This document shows positions 34,084 to 44,836 of a stretch of DNA of 60,005 nucleotides, piece after piece. The position numbers and the translations under genes are program-made. The first letter of the stretch is position 1. Every line of letters starts with the position of its first letter. Source of the stretch: a virus (taxonomy: Duplodnaviria > Caudoviricetes); the IMG/VR virus record IMGVR_UViG_3300042301_001108, positions 1-60,005 of that record; one strand, 5' to 3'. The notes below the pieces were generated by a model. It made no database searches. It had not been told where the DNA came from and was given only the letters and a program-made list of their open reading frames with translations.

Positions 34084-35304
34084 TTATTTATCTTCCATGT
34101 CTTTGTATCTGTAGTAACCTTTATCAAAGTCTGCCTGAACAAAGAAGTCACCCATAAAACCATTACGGTTCTTTCTAAAGGCACACTCTATAATATCACT
34201 ATTTGTGGCACGACCAAGTGCCAAAACCCAGTCAGCATCGTAGGCAATCTGTCTTGACCATGCAGTCTGTCCTAGAGTAGGAACACCACTCAGGTCATTC
34301 ACATCGTCAGGTGTGGCTGATGAAATAGCAATGATTGGAACCTCTTCACCAATAGCAAGAAGCTTTAGTTCACGAGACAGGTTCTTCATACGAACAACCT
34401 CGTTCTCAGATCTTTGGTTTGGGGACATGAGCTGTAGGTAGTCAACAATAATAAAGTCAGGCTTATACTGGTCAATTTTTCCACGTAGAACTGATGGGTT
34501 GATCTCTCCACCAGAGTCGTTAGAGATGATGTGAAACTCTGGCTTACCAGCAATCTCTTTCTCGTGCCACTTCTTTAGCATATCTAGCTCAATATCGCCA
34601 TTGCTAATCTTACGGTGTGACCACAAACCCTCGCCCATAATGGTAAATACACGATTACGAACTTCTGTCTCTGACATTTCTAGAGATATGATTAGTGGTG
34701 ACTTGCCCTGCTTCCATGCCTGTACCGCAAAATATAAAGCCATCCACGACTTACCAATTCCTGGATAAGCAAGGAACACTCCAAGCTGTCCTGGCATAAT
34801 TCCAGCTGGCAAGTAGTTGTCAAATCCTGGCAGATTAGTTTTAATACCAGTAACACCAAGAGCCTGTTGTGCCTTTACGTTTTCAAAGTATGCTACTGCA
34901 GACTCAAGGTCAGTCACATCAATGTCACGAATTGCAGAAGTGTTCTTTTTCAGCTCTGAGGTTTTTGTAATAAGCTCTTCTAGAGCTAGACCACCCTGTC
35001 CATTTTGAACCTCTTGTGCAGCATTTCTTAGTATGCCTTTTAGACTATCATTTAGGTATTCTGTTTGTAGTTCATCTAGGTGGTGTTTGGTTGATCCAAT
35101 ACCGTCAACTGGTGAGAAGTCACGAAACTTTTCTACAACCAAAGAGGTTGGTGGAACAGACTGATTTGTTTCAAAGTATTTACGAATGAACGTCCAGATG
35201 TCAAGATGTGTAGTTAAGAGGCTGTCTACATTTGCCTGAAGCAATACGTGCATCTGCTTGTCTGATAATACTGCTGATATTACCTTAGATTCTGTATTAC
35301 TCAC
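34084..35304 (-). CDS. dnaB: DnaB-like replicative helicase
   Basis: AYPGIGKS, SLEM, IVDYLQLM, DADWV, KNRNG. Confidence 0.94.
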   Translation of the reverse strand: MSNTESKVISAVLSDKQMHVLLQANVDSLLTTHLDIWTFIRKYFETNQSVPPTSLVVEKFRDFSPVDGIGSTKHHLDELQTEYLNDSLKGILRNAAQEVQNGQGGLALEELITKTSELKKNTSAIRDIDVTDLESAVAYFENVKAQQALGVTGIKTNLPGFDNYLPAGIMPGQLGVFLAYPGIGKSWMALYFAVQAWKQGKSPLIISLEMSETEVRNRVFTIMGEGLWSHRKISNGDIELDMLKKWHEKEIAGKPEFHIISNDSGGEINPSVLRGKIDQYKPDFIIVDYLQLMSPNQRSENEVVRMKNLSRELKLLAIGEEVPIIAISSATPDDVNDLSGVPTLGQTAWSRQIAYDADWVLALGRATNSDIIECAFRKNRNGFMGDFFVQADFDKGYYRYKDMEDK

Positions 35305-35605
35305 TTAGCCACCTTTTAGCCATCTCTCTACGCTCTGCTCGCTCTTTATCGTCTTTTACCTTTTCATCCATAGCCTGCAAAATCTTTTCTGCATTATAGG
35401 CATAAAATGTCCAGCTTGGTTTTTGTGCTACTTCAAAATAATAGTACACTAATTTCATGGCTAAGTCAAGGCCAAATGATTCAACAATGGCATCTGCTGC
35501 CCACTGTTCTGTATTTAGGTTAAGTACTGGCTTTGCACCATACTTTTTAAGATGTTGACTAGAGTAGGTGCCAAGTAAAGCCATGCGGTCTTTACGTTCA
35601 GCCAT
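35297..35605 (-). CDS. hypothetical protein (possible helicase loader)
   Basis: Coupled upstream of dnaB; function inferred from position only. Confidence 0.65.
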   Translation of the reverse strand: MAERKDRMALLGTYSSQHLKKYGAKPVLNLNTEQWAADAIVESFGLDLAMKLVYYYFEVAQKPSWTFYAYNAEKILQAMDEKVKDDKERAERREMAKRWLSE

Positions 35606-35811
35606 TACTCGTCTATTTCAGACTTTGCTTCTGATAGTTTTTCTGTTAGCTTGTCTTCAACAAACTTATACACACGCTCAAATGCGTCGTTAACAGTTTC
35701 TCCATCACGTCTTGAGTCAACTACCCCAAGATCTAGACGCAGAGACTGAAAGTTACCTAGATTAAGTGTATATCCTAGAGTAACATTTACCTTAGTTTCT
35801 TCGTTATTCAT
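35605..35811 (-). CDS. conserved-type small phage protein
   Basis: Start MNNEETK; GYTLNLGNFQSLRLD. Confidence 0.7.
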   Translation of the reverse strand: MNNEETKVNVTLGYTLNLGNFQSLRLDLGVVDSRRDGETVNDAFERVYKFVEDKLTEKLSEAKSEIDE

Positions 35812-35830
35812 TTTCCTACCCCTCACGGTA

Positions 35831-36373
35831 TTAAATAGATTCTGACCAGACAGGTATAAATCTACCATCTTCTGTCTTTGTATATGTCAGTATACCATCT
35901 CCCATTCGTCTTGTCAACTCCTGGTTTGTTGGCGTCATATTGTTTGTAATTAAACCATCTTTTCTTGGTTGTCCAATATGTATAGATGCAAGTATATCAC
36001 GAATCTCTTTTACTTGCGACTCTGAGTAATAGCTTCTTATTTGCCAGCCAGTTTTTCCATCTTTTGATGACCCCATAGGAAATGGAATTACCCCACGCTT
36101 CATTAAGCTGGGCATATACTTTTTATGACGGTTAACCAACTTTGCCGTTTCTCCCACAGTGTAAGCTCTTTCACGATTGCGTTTAAAGTCAGATGTAAAG
36201 CAAGACTCCATACGATCTTTTGTGATGTTATACAGAGTTACCATTCCAGTAGACCTGCTAGTGTGGTGTGGTCTGACAAGGTCTCCATTTAAGAACCAAA
36301 CTTTTTTATTGCCAGGAATAACAGACTCCTGGTTATATTTTTCGTCTAGTATTTTTTTTTCGTTAGTCTGCAT
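35831..36373 (-). CDS. MerR-like HTH DNA-binding protein
   Basis: AYTVGETAKLVNR...GVIP...RSYYSESQV. Confidence 0.7.
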   Translation of the reverse strand: MQTNEKKILDEKYNQESVIPGNKKVWFLNGDLVRPHHTSRSTGMVTLYNITKDRMESCFTSDFKRNRERAYTVGETAKLVNRHKKYMPSLMKRGVIPFPMGSSKDGKTGWQIRSYYSESQVKEIRDILASIHIGQPRKDGLITNNMTPTNQELTRRMGDGILTYTKTEDGRFIPVWSESI

Positions 36374-36819
36374 TAGTTTGGAATTCCGATTATAATTAGA
36401 TTAACTGTTGTGGATGCTTTTCCACCTTTGTCAAATCTAACCAAACCAGTTAATCCATTTGCGTCAACGCTTGTTAGAACAACGGTAGCACCTTCTCCTG
36501 CAGTGTCAACACCACCAGTATTTACAACAGTAGCTGTAGCTATGGGTGTGTACTTAAAGTTTCCATTATAAGAATATGTAAATGTTTTTATGCTATCTGC
36601 AGCTTGAGTGGTATTTGATGTAACAACAACTGAGCCTCCAATAATTCTTGACTCTGAAGTTTTAATGTTTTGCTTACCCGCTGATGGGGTATCAATACTA
36701 GTATAGTTATAACCAGTCGTAGACACCTGATCAGATAACTGATTTACAGCATTGGTAATTTGATAGATATAGCTGACGTCAACTGGTTGGCCTCGCTCTG
36801 GTAGTGGTATTTTTGCCAT
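36373..36819 (-). CDS. minor tail / fibre-like protein
   Basis: FKYTPIATAT...VNLIIIG C-terminal beta pattern; own promoter TGGTATAAT and SD AGGAG. Confidence 0.6.
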   Translation of the reverse strand: MAKIPLPERGQPVDVSYIYQITNAVNQLSDQVSTTGYNYTSIDTPSAGKQNIKTSESRIIGGSVVVTSNTTQAADSIKTFTYSYNGNFKYTPIATATVVNTGGVDTAGEGATVVLTSVDANGLTGLVRFDKGGKASTTVNLIIIGIPN

Positions 36820-36850
36820 AGTATTCTCCTAATTAAATTATACCAGAAAG

Positions 36851-37468
36851 CTATATGTTCTTTTGAGTCTTTTTAAAAAGAGTTAGCTTATTGTTATAAT
36901 AGTCTCTTATTTTTGGTATAGCTGGAAATTGAATTGCCACGTCTACTGCAGCTCTTTCAGTTGGCTTTAGAATTGAAAAATTATTAGTTGCTGTAGTGGT
37001 ACTAAGTTCCCAATCAGACCACCCTGTTGCTTCTGGATCTTCTGTGTTAGAGTTGTTCCACCTAATCCAAATATCATAGCTATTTCCGTCTCTAAAAAAT
37101 TTAATATAGTTTGCTTCTTCAGGACTCATGTAGTTTGGATCTTCAGGTGGTAGTGCCATTTGTTGTGCAATTTCTGAGTCATTTGGAAAAGACCAAACTA
37201 TATTAACAATATCTCCAGTCTTGCTTACTGAAATTCTGTTAGTTGTTGTGTATGGAAAGGGCGTTGTTACATTTGGCATTGCATACCTAATAATTTCTGA
37301 CCAATGAGAAAATCTATTTCTGTCTTCAGAAACTATGCGGTATCTAAAATCATAATGAAGACCGCTAACCTCTTCCCTATCCAGTAGATGATTAGTTACT
37401 GTAGTTAGCTGAACTAGTGGAAACTCGGTTTTGTTAATTTTGATTTGTTTAATACCAACATCAACCAT
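36851..37468 (-). CDS. minor tail protein
   Basis: RYRIVSEDRNRFSHWS FN3-like strand; in tail operon. Confidence 0.6.
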   Translation of the reverse strand: MVDVGIKQIKINKTEFPLVQLTTVTNHLLDREEVSGLHYDFRYRIVSEDRNRFSHWSEIIRYAMPNVTTPFPYTTTNRISVSKTGDIVNIVWSFPNDSEIAQQMALPPEDPNYMSPEEANYIKFFRDGNSYDIWIRWNNSNTEDPEATGWSDWELSTTTATNNFSILKPTERAAVDVAIQFPAIPKIRDYYNNKLTLFKKTQKNI

Positions 37469-39039
37469 TAAGTCACATCCAGTACAAATCTATACTCAAT
37501 ATAGTTGGTGGTGTTTGCTTGTTTAAGAATTGTAAGCTTGTCGTCGTTCTGAACAATAGAATATCCTGTTAAGCCGTATATAGGGTTTATTGTGCTTATG
37601 TTGTCTAGTCTAAGAGCGTCAAGGGCTACATAAAACTGATCACTTGCAAACTCAACAGTGCCGCTTGAGGTTGTTGTTGAAACATTGGTGTTTGTTTTTG
37701 TATAAGTGAAAGTGTTTGAATCTACTCCAGTAATCAAGTGAATTCCATTAAATACCGAATCTACATTCCTGACCCTTACGTAGTCGCCCACTGCAAATCC
37801 GTGAGGAGCTCCAGTTGTAATAACTGCAACATTGCTTGTTAATTTCTTGTTAGTAACTGATATGGTTTGAGTAGTGGTTACATAAACCTTTACTACTGAC
37901 ACATCTAGCCAAGAAAATAACTCAGAACTATAAAATAACTCATCTAGTCTTTTTGTTGCAACAACGTATCTGTTACCTACTGAATAGCTTGATGGGCTTT
38001 TTGCTTCAACTTGCATCCATGCATACTGGGTTCCCCCACTATTACTAAACTCAATAATTATGTTTACTGCTTCTGGAATAGCTTCAGATTGTCCGTCTAC
38101 TGAAATAATTGAAAATGCTAACTTCATTATGTCTGATGATGAGTTTTTGGTTAGGTCTATAGGAAGTCCTGTTGTTTGTAAAAACTTTTTATCTCCATAA
38201 GGACTAATGCTTGTTCCATTTGAATATATAGATGATGAGTCACCCCTTAACAAAAGCACACTTGAAAGGTATCTTGGCCTTTCATATCTATTCAGCCTCT
38301 CATCATTAGAAAAAATGGCATTGCTTGTTGTTGTTTTAATTGCTAATGGCTGTAAAGTTTCTGGTGTTGATGTAGCTTCAAGATCAACGCTAATAATGTT
38401 GGAACCATTAACTATAGAGTTTTGTGATTCTGGAAAGTTTTGGTTTGATGCTGATGCACTTGTTCTTGTGCCACCTAAAACAAGCTCCCATATTTCTTCT
38501 CCAGAAAAAGCAGATATTGTTTTGCTATCAAATTTTCCAGCTGCTGAGTTAGATCCTGCAGAATATACACCAATTTCTGAAATTTCGTACCTTTCTTCTG
38601 TGGGTAGTTGTGCAGTTAAAACAATTTTATTAACACCATTATCATTTACATACCCACGTGAAGAAATTGGAACACGAAACATTTCAAAATCTAAAGCATT
38701 CTTTTCTGAGTTTGTTTGAATTTTTAGAGTAGCTGAACTAAAGTTTTGTGTAGGAGCTCTGTTAACCACAAACTGAGTTTCACTTGATATAGATGTTACG
38801 ATTGTATTTTCTAAAGTAGAGAGTGTTCCAGTTCCAGACTCTTTAACTATTTGAGCACCAACCCAAAGGCCAGCTGTGCTAGTTGTTGTAAAGGTTGTTC
38901 CAGAAGAGCTAACGCCAGTTGCAGTATTGATGTTGTTTCTTGGAGCAGCACCACAGCCCAAAGCTATAAATGAGGCATATGCTGGGGCATCTCCAATGAG
39001 ATACTTTGCAATAATGCTTTTACCAATATTAGTTATCAT
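37468..39039 (-). CDS. minor tail protein
   Basis: MITNIGK...IALG...EIGVY baseplate/fibre-like N-terminus; HGFAVGDYV beta-barrel insert. Confidence 0.7.
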   Translation of the reverse strand: MITNIGKSIIAKYLIGDAPAYASFIALGCGAAPRNNINTATGVSSSGTTFTTTSTAGLWVGAQIVKESGTGTLSTLENTIVTSISSETQFVVNRAPTQNFSSATLKIQTNSEKNALDFEMFRVPISSRGYVNDNGVNKIVLTAQLPTEERYEISEIGVYSAGSNSAAGKFDSKTISAFSGEEIWELVLGGTRTSASASNQNFPESQNSIVNGSNIISVDLEATSTPETLQPLAIKTTTSNAIFSNDERLNRYERPRYLSSVLLLRGDSSSIYSNGTSISPYGDKKFLQTTGLPIDLTKNSSSDIMKLAFSIISVDGQSEAIPEAVNIIIEFSNSGGTQYAWMQVEAKSPSSYSVGNRYVVATKRLDELFYSSELFSWLDVSVVKVYVTTTQTISVTNKKLTSNVAVITTGAPHGFAVGDYVRVRNVDSVFNGIHLITGVDSNTFTYTKTNTNVSTTTSSGTVEFASDQFYVALDALRLDNISTINPIYGLTGYSIVQNDDKLTILKQANTTNYIEYRFVLDVT

Positions 39040-39041
39040 AT

Positions 39042-39926
39042 TTAAATTCCTATGTTTTCTATTATACCATTACTGATGATTTGTACCTCTATTTGTTCAT
39101 CAGGTTTTATATTGATAAACTCTATAATACCCTCACCAGTTGCCAGATCTAGCTTATAGTTTTTGCCATCTTCACCACTACCAACCTTTGGAATCTTATC
39201 TCTTAGGTTAATTGTAAAGTTTGAAAAGAACCTGTCTGAAGTTCCCTGTACCCTTAGCAATGTGGTTGGGTTATAAATTTCTTGCAAAATTCCAAGATTT
39301 TTAAATGGCTGATAAATAACGTCTTGACCATTAACTGTATCGCCCCTGGCAATAGTTAAAATTTCTTGCCCACCAACATCTTCAAAAAGTAGGTCTGTGA
39401 TTAATTCTGCACTAAACGTTTCATCAACAAACTCTACGGTATCAATTGGTGCACTCTTAACTGGTGGTGTTGTTGTCGTGCTGGATCCTGAGCTAGCTGA
39501 AGAGTCTGCTGGAGTGTCTGGTGTTGAGTTTTGAGATGTCTCAGTAGTTGTGCTTGATGAGGTGTTGCTACTTGATGAAGTGCTACTGCTTGATGAGGAT
39601 GATTGTGAGGTTGAAGAGGATCTGGATGAACCTCCTGAGCTAACGTTATTGTTTGTAGTTGTTGACGCAACGACTGGTTTAGCGGCTGGCTTATTGATCC
39701 AACGATCCATGGCGTCTGCACCTCTTGGACCAGTAGCTTTAATTCGTGCAATTCTTTCCGCCTCAGCTCTTTCTTGGCGTTCTATCTGAGCTTTTGTTTG
39801 CCTAGAAGCTGCTGCTCTATCTGCTGCTGCCTTTGCTGCTGCAGCTCTTGCTCTTTCGTCTGCTTCTATTTGAGCTTTAGTTCTAGTTGGTGCTTTAGAA
39901 CCACCACCATCTCTTCTCATTACCAT
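39042..39926 (-). CDS. minor tail protein with low-complexity N-terminal half
   Basis: Ala/Arg-rich then Ser/Thr-rich segment, globular C-terminus; in tail operon. Confidence 0.6.
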   Translation of the reverse strand: MVMRRDGGGSKAPTRTKAQIEADERARAAAAKAAADRAAASRQTKAQIERQERAEAERIARIKATGPRGADAMDRWINKPAAKPVVASTTTNNNVSSGGSSRSSSTSQSSSSSSSTSSSSNTSSSTTTETSQNSTPDTPADSSASSGSSTTTTPPVKSAPIDTVEFVDETFSAELITDLLFEDVGGQEILTIARGDTVNGQDVIYQPFKNLGILQEIYNPTTLLRVQGTSDRFFSNFTINLRDKIPKVGSGEDGKNYKLDLATGEGIIEFINIKPDEQIEVQIISNGIIENIGI

Positions 39927-39928
39927 TT

Positions 39929-42900
39929 TTATACCTCACTCAAATAAACGCTCATAGAGGGACCACTAACTGATCTACTATAGCTAATATTATATACTAC
40001 ATACCTTACGGATTCTGGGGTTACTAAATCAATACCGTCTGAATCTTTGTAGTAAATATTTACAAGGTCACCCAATTGAAGGGTTGGCATTGAAAAAATG
40101 TTTAGTCCAACTGACTTGCGTGGTCTAATATTTTTATTAATAATCCATCCCAAAAGGTCTTCTGCTGTATCTAGGTCTTGTATATAAATGGAGTCTAGCG
40201 TAAAATCATTTTTTCCATAAAGGATTCTGCTCTGTCTAACCTTTTCATACTGCTCTATAAACTTAAACGGAGACTCCAGCACAGTAGAGCCTTTTAGTTC
40301 TGGATCTGAAGTGCTTCCTTTTTTCTTTAAGAAGTCATCGACAGTTACGCTTGTAGTGTTTTCTCCTGTAAATGCAACACCTGAAATTCTAAGTGCGTTG
40401 CTTGTGTTTGAGTCAAGCTTTAGTATGGTGTCTGTATTGTTAAACACTAAGAATTCTGCTCCATACGAGTCTGCGGTAAATCCAGAAACAGTGTACCCCT
40501 TTATCCTGTTAAACGTTGGGGCAATCTTAGCAAATAGTGCTGGATATGCACGTTCATATTTAATATTAAAGTATGCAGCTTCACGCATAATCGTTCCAAA
40601 CTCTTCAAAATATAAATCATATTCTGGCACAGATGTTGCGTTAATCCCACTAAGATATGTATTTTGCACTATTCCGCTTAAGGCATACTTGCTCATAGCT
40701 TCAATCGCATTAACTTGAGCATCAGAGTCACCAAAAATCTTTGCTATTGGAACATTTGTATCAAAGACTGAGTTTGTTGCATAGTTTTTTCCAAGGGCGT
40801 ATATGTTTTCAAACATAGCTTTAGCATTTCCACGAACAAATAGTCCGATTGAAGAGTTTACGATTGGTAATGGATCGTTGTCAGTTACTCTAGATACTAG
40901 CTGTTGATTAATATATAGATAAAAGTCTCTTCTTGATTCATTAACATCTACATACTCAATGGCCAAGTCATACACCGTTGGATTTTTCTCTCCAGTAAAC
41001 CTATACTGTCCAGCAAAATTACCATCGTCAACAACTATATTGCCAACACCACCCCATAACTTTACTGGAACTGCTTTAGTGTTTGCTGGATCTGTGCTTT
41101 TCTTTATTTTATAAAAAAGAATATTTTCAATAGAGACTGTTGCCTCTCCTCTTTCGTTTCTTTTTAATAAGTCTTCTATTCCAGAAGTGGTTAGTGCTGC
41201 AATTTCAAAGTAATATCCATTATTTGTTTCTGGATTAACAAGGTTTATTCCAGCTGAGCCACCACCAACTGAAACGTTTTTTGTTTGATCAGTATTTGAA
41301 ACATTAAAATATGTCATACCACCAACGACAGTTTGAGACCTGTTTCCAGCAGCTTCGACCTTTCCAATAATCCTTACTCTTGTTCCAAGGTGCTTGTAGG
41401 CTTTATTAAGTTTTTTATAAACATAGGAAACGTGATTTCTTGGATTTGTTTCTGAAGCAAAGTCTGGCCCAGTCATAACTAAAGCTGAGGACTGCATGGT
41501 CGCTGCTTGAGTTGTTTTTAATGATGAAACATCAGTTTCTGTAGAGTATTTTGAAGATAAAAAGTTTCTAATAATTCCATTTCTTTGACTTTTTATTGCA
41601 ACTTCTTTTGCTAAACCAGCAGCCCCAATTGTTGTTGCTTGAGTTTCTGGATTAATTTCTGTAGAGAATAAAACTTCGCTTTGCATTTCGCAACCCTGAA
41701 TGTTTTCATTGTCTGACCAGTAAGGATCTAGACCAGCCTTATGATTTACGACTGGTGTTCCAAACTGACCACGTCCGTGAGAAACTACTTCTCCTGGCTT
41801 GAGTCTTACAGAAACGCTGGAGTCTCTGTTGTTTGTTGTAATTGTTATACCCTCAATGGTTTCATAGTATGGTTCTGCAAAAATTCTGACGAGTCCTGTA
41901 GGGTACATTTTTCCATTAAATGGAATTTTTGAAAAGTAGTCTTGATATTCAAGATTAGTAGATATCCATACGTTACCAATTCCAGTAACCACATACTCAA
42001 CAGCGTCATACTTAATTATTTCTCCATTTGCATAAAACAGGCCCTGGAATCTAGCAAGCCAGTAAGCATTTTCTCCAACATCAAAGGTGTTGTTTATTAG
42101 CTCTCTGTTTACTGACACCTCTGGAACGCTGCTGGTTAGATCTGTATTTAGTGGTGTTGCAGCTAATACATACCCAGATTGGTTGCCAGCATTTGAAGAT
42201 GATGTCTTACTGCTTCCCGAAACTTCCCACAAAAGAGACGGCTTGTAAACATACTGTCTATCCACAAACTTGTTTTGCTGAATTGTTCCAGCAGTTCTTT
42301 CAATCTCTCTTGATGTAAAGTTAACTGTTCCAGCATTATACACAGTTTTGTCTTGAGAAGAAATTTCAACAATGCTTGGGAGTTTGTTGCTTACAGAAGA
42401 ACCATAAATGGTTGTATCTAGGCTTCTGTCTTCTGACTCATCTAGCATGTATTCTTTTGTCATAATAACAAAATTATTGTATTCATCAAAGAACATTGCT
42501 GACTGAGTTGCTCTTGATAATTGAGCTAGAGTTTCTGCAATGCTTTGTTCTGGTGGAATAAAAAAGTTAGGGATAACAGGATCTGCAACACCAAGCTTTC
42601 TTTTAAATACATAATTAGAAAAACCAACAGAATCTAGAAGTATGCACACTGCCTGACTTAAAGATATCTCTGTTAGCAAAATTCTTGGTGCTTTTAAAGA
42701 TTCAAAATAAAAATAAAAATCTCTTAGGTTTAGTCTAGTTTCTCCATTTTGAGCATTTCGTTCTGAGAAGCCTTCGGAATAGAGCGTTTTAATTGGAACA
42801 TAATAGTTTGAATCATTAACGTTTTTTATAACTTCATAAAAAACAAATTTTATGTTTTTATCAATGTGCTTAGCAATAATACTTCCACTATTTGTTGTAA

Positions 42901-44836
42901 AGTTCCAAGCATTGTTTGTGTTAAAAGATTGATCGTTATCAAAAAGAGTTAGGCTTCCAGTTCCAGCCATAATTTGTCCTACTGGTAGGGCAGATGAGCT
43001 TAAATCAGCAGCTGACTTTGTTACGTCAAAACTTATTAAGCTACCAGAAAGATTTGCTACTAATCTAGGAGAAATCTCAATAAGCTCTAGTGGAGTGTTT
43101 GGGGTATTCATAGTTTTTACAACTATTCTAATTCCCTTTATAAAAACAAACTCCCTATACTTATTCTTATTGCTTCCTGGTTCTCTGTAGTATGATGGAT
43201 TGGTAAAGTCAGTTACAAAGTGTGTGTTTTCATAGACCCCGTCTTTTCCGACAAACCACTTATAGTTTGGTGTAAAAGTTTCATAAACTTGACCATTAAA
43301 CACATACAGTGTGCCCATTGTGTTAGATTCTGTTACTACCAAATATGCCTTACCAACAACATTGCTTTCTGGTAAAGTAATAGAACTAGTAACTGTTCCA
43401 ACAAGAACAAAGTTATTTTTATAGCTTGCAGGAACTTCTATTCCATACTCAATGCTGAGATGTCCGTCAGCACCAAATATTGGTGAAAACCCATCATCTC
43501 TAACAGATGTTTCATTAAAAGAAATAGCGGTCTCCCACTCGTCACGTTCATTTAAAAATTCAATCTTAAATGTTTTAGGTACGGTTTTGTTAGATTCTCC
43601 AAAAAATGGATCCGACAAATCTCTGCCACCTCTTGTTCTAAAGGGGCCAAGATTTTTGTCTCCAACGTTTGTTTGAACTTTTAAAACAATCCTGTTTGCT
43701 GGGACTGGCTCTTTGTATGCAACAAAGGGATTGGTGTCTTCGATAACATATCTTCCACTAGAGCTATTTTTAGATATTCCGTATTCTTCATTAAGCCTGT
43801 ATCTATTTACATATAAGCTTTTAATAGAACCATATGTTATATTTTGTTCGCTTGCAATTAATGCTATTACAGATGTTGGTCCTAATATTTGAGTTACCGT
43901 TGCCAATCCAGTTCCAAGATTTGCTGGAACCGTTTTTACGTCAGCAATAGAACCTGCTACTGGTGTTGTTCCACCAATAACAGAATAAGTTATAGAAGTG
44001 TTGTTTGGTATAGACAATACCGTAACTGAGGTTGGTGTTCCACCAAAAAGACTTCCAGAAACTGGACTTGTCTGAGTAGCAGTTATTTGGTCTCCAACCA
44101 CCACGTCTGCGGTTGAAGTCAGTCCTGTCAGGGTTGCTGTCCAGCCTGTAGAATTTTCAATAGAAGCTATGTTTGTTACTGTTGCAGAAGAGCCAAGAGT
44201 TGTTGCTGTTTTTAAGAGCACAGCAAAAACTTTTCCAACAGAAAGCTCTGATACAGAGGTAAGGTTAGATACTACAGCTGACCAGTTAAGGCGAGAACCA
44301 GATATGTTGCTAATAACAACATCATCGCTAATGATTGATGGGTATGCTATATTGGTATCGCTTTCTGCCCTGTAAGATCTCCAATACTTAAACTCGTCAT
44401 CTTTAGTTGGCATATAATATCTTGGACGTAAGAACATATCAACATTCGGAAATGACAAAAACTTGTTATTAAAATAAGAAAGTTTGTTTATTCCAGACCT
44501 TGGTCTAAAAGGTTTTAGACAATCTTCTAAAGAGTAAAGCATTTTTTCTTTATTTTTGGGGTAAACAAAAACTTCTGGGACGCTACCATCTTCTTTAAAT
44601 CCATCTTGAACAGCAACGCTAGCATCTGTTGCACCAGTATAAAAATTTCCAGCATCTTGGTTATCAAAAATGTTTGGCAAAACACTATACTGTGTGCTGT
44701 TTTCTCTATAGCGATAGTTACCTATTTTTCTAATGTTGCCTGGAATGTTCATATTCCACTCTGCAATTACCGCTGGTTCTGACTCAACTGAAAAAGATGT
44801 TTCCAGATGATTCTTTAGCTCATCATTCTGAAACAC
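39929..44836 (-). CDS. large minor tail (hub/central fibre-like) protein, 1635 aa
   Basis: Second gene after the TMP; MFFDEYNNF and PTLQLGDLV hub-like motifs. Confidence 0.75.
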   Translation of the reverse strand: MFQNDELKNHLETSFSVESEPAVIAEWNMNIPGNIRKIGNYRYRENSTQYSVLPNIFDNQDAGNFYTGATDASVAVQDGFKEDGSVPEVFVYPKNKEKMLYSLEDCLKPFRPRSGINKLSYFNNKFLSFPNVDMFLRPRYYMPTKDDEFKYWRSYRAESDTNIAYPSIISDDVVISNISGSRLNWSAVVSNLTSVSELSVGKVFAVLLKTATTLGSSATVTNIASIENSTGWTATLTGLTSTADVVVGDQITATQTSPVSGSLFGGTPTSVTVLSIPNNTSITYSVIGGTTPVAGSIADVKTVPANLGTGLATVTQILGPTSVIALIASEQNITYGSIKSLYVNRYRLNEEYGISKNSSSGRYVIEDTNPFVAYKEPVPANRIVLKVQTNVGDKNLGPFRTRGGRDLSDPFFGESNKTVPKTFKIEFLNERDEWETAISFNETSVRDDGFSPIFGADGHLSIEYGIEVPASYKNNFVLVGTVTSSITLPESNVVGKAYLVVTESNTMGTLYVFNGQVYETFTPNYKWFVGKDGVYENTHFVTDFTNPSYYREPGSNKNKYREFVFIKGIRIVVKTMNTPNTPLELIEISPRLVANLSGSLISFDVTKSAADLSSSALPVGQIMAGTGSLTLFDNDQSFNTNNAWNFTTNSGSIIAKHIDKNIKFVFYEVIKNVNDSNYYVPIKTLYSEGFSERNAQNGETRLNLRDFYFYFESLKAPRILLTEISLSQAVCILLDSVGFSNYVFKRKLGVADPVIPNFFIPPEQSIAETLAQLSRATQSAMFFDEYNNFVIMTKEYMLDESEDRSLDTTIYGSSVSNKLPSIVEISSQDKTVYNAGTVNFTSREIERTAGTIQQNKFVDRQYVYKPSLLWEVSGSSKTSSSNAGNQSGYVLAATPLNTDLTSSVPEVSVNRELINNTFDVGENAYWLARFQGLFYANGEIIKYDAVEYVVTGIGNVWISTNLEYQDYFSKIPFNGKMYPTGLVRIFAEPYYETIEGITITTNNRDSSVSVRLKPGEVVSHGRGQFGTPVVNHKAGLDPYWSDNENIQGCEMQSEVLFSTEINPETQATTIGAAGLAKEVAIKSQRNGIIRNFLSSKYSTETDVSSLKTTQAATMQSSALVMTGPDFASETNPRNHVSYVYKKLNKAYKHLGTRVRIIGKVEAAGNRSQTVVGGMTYFNVSNTDQTKNVSVGGGSAGINLVNPETNNGYYFEIAALTTSGIEDLLKRNERGEATVSIENILFYKIKKSTDPANTKAVPVKLWGGVGNIVVDDGNFAGQYRFTGEKNPTVYDLAIEYVDVNESRRDFYLYINQQLVSRVTDNDPLPIVNSSIGLFVRGNAKAMFENIYALGKNYATNSVFDTNVPIAKIFGDSDAQVNAIEAMSKYALSGIVQNTYLSGINATSVPEYDLYFEEFGTIMREAAYFNIKYERAYPALFAKIAPTFNRIKGYTVSGFTADSYGAEFLVFNNTDTILKLDSNTSNALRISGVAFTGENTTSVTVDDFLKKKGSTSDPELKGSTVLESPFKFIEQYEKVRQSRILYGKNDFTLDSIYIQDLDTAEDLLGWIINKNIRPRKSVGLNIFSMPTLQLGDLVNIYYKDSDGIDLVTPESVRYVVYNISYSRSVSGPSMSVYLSEV

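Noticed and set aside
20145-35304. Inteins or introns in nrdJ, terL, recA, dnaE, dnaB
   Set aside because: ORFs are continuous and of ordinary length, with no evident intein termini or homing-endonuclease motifs
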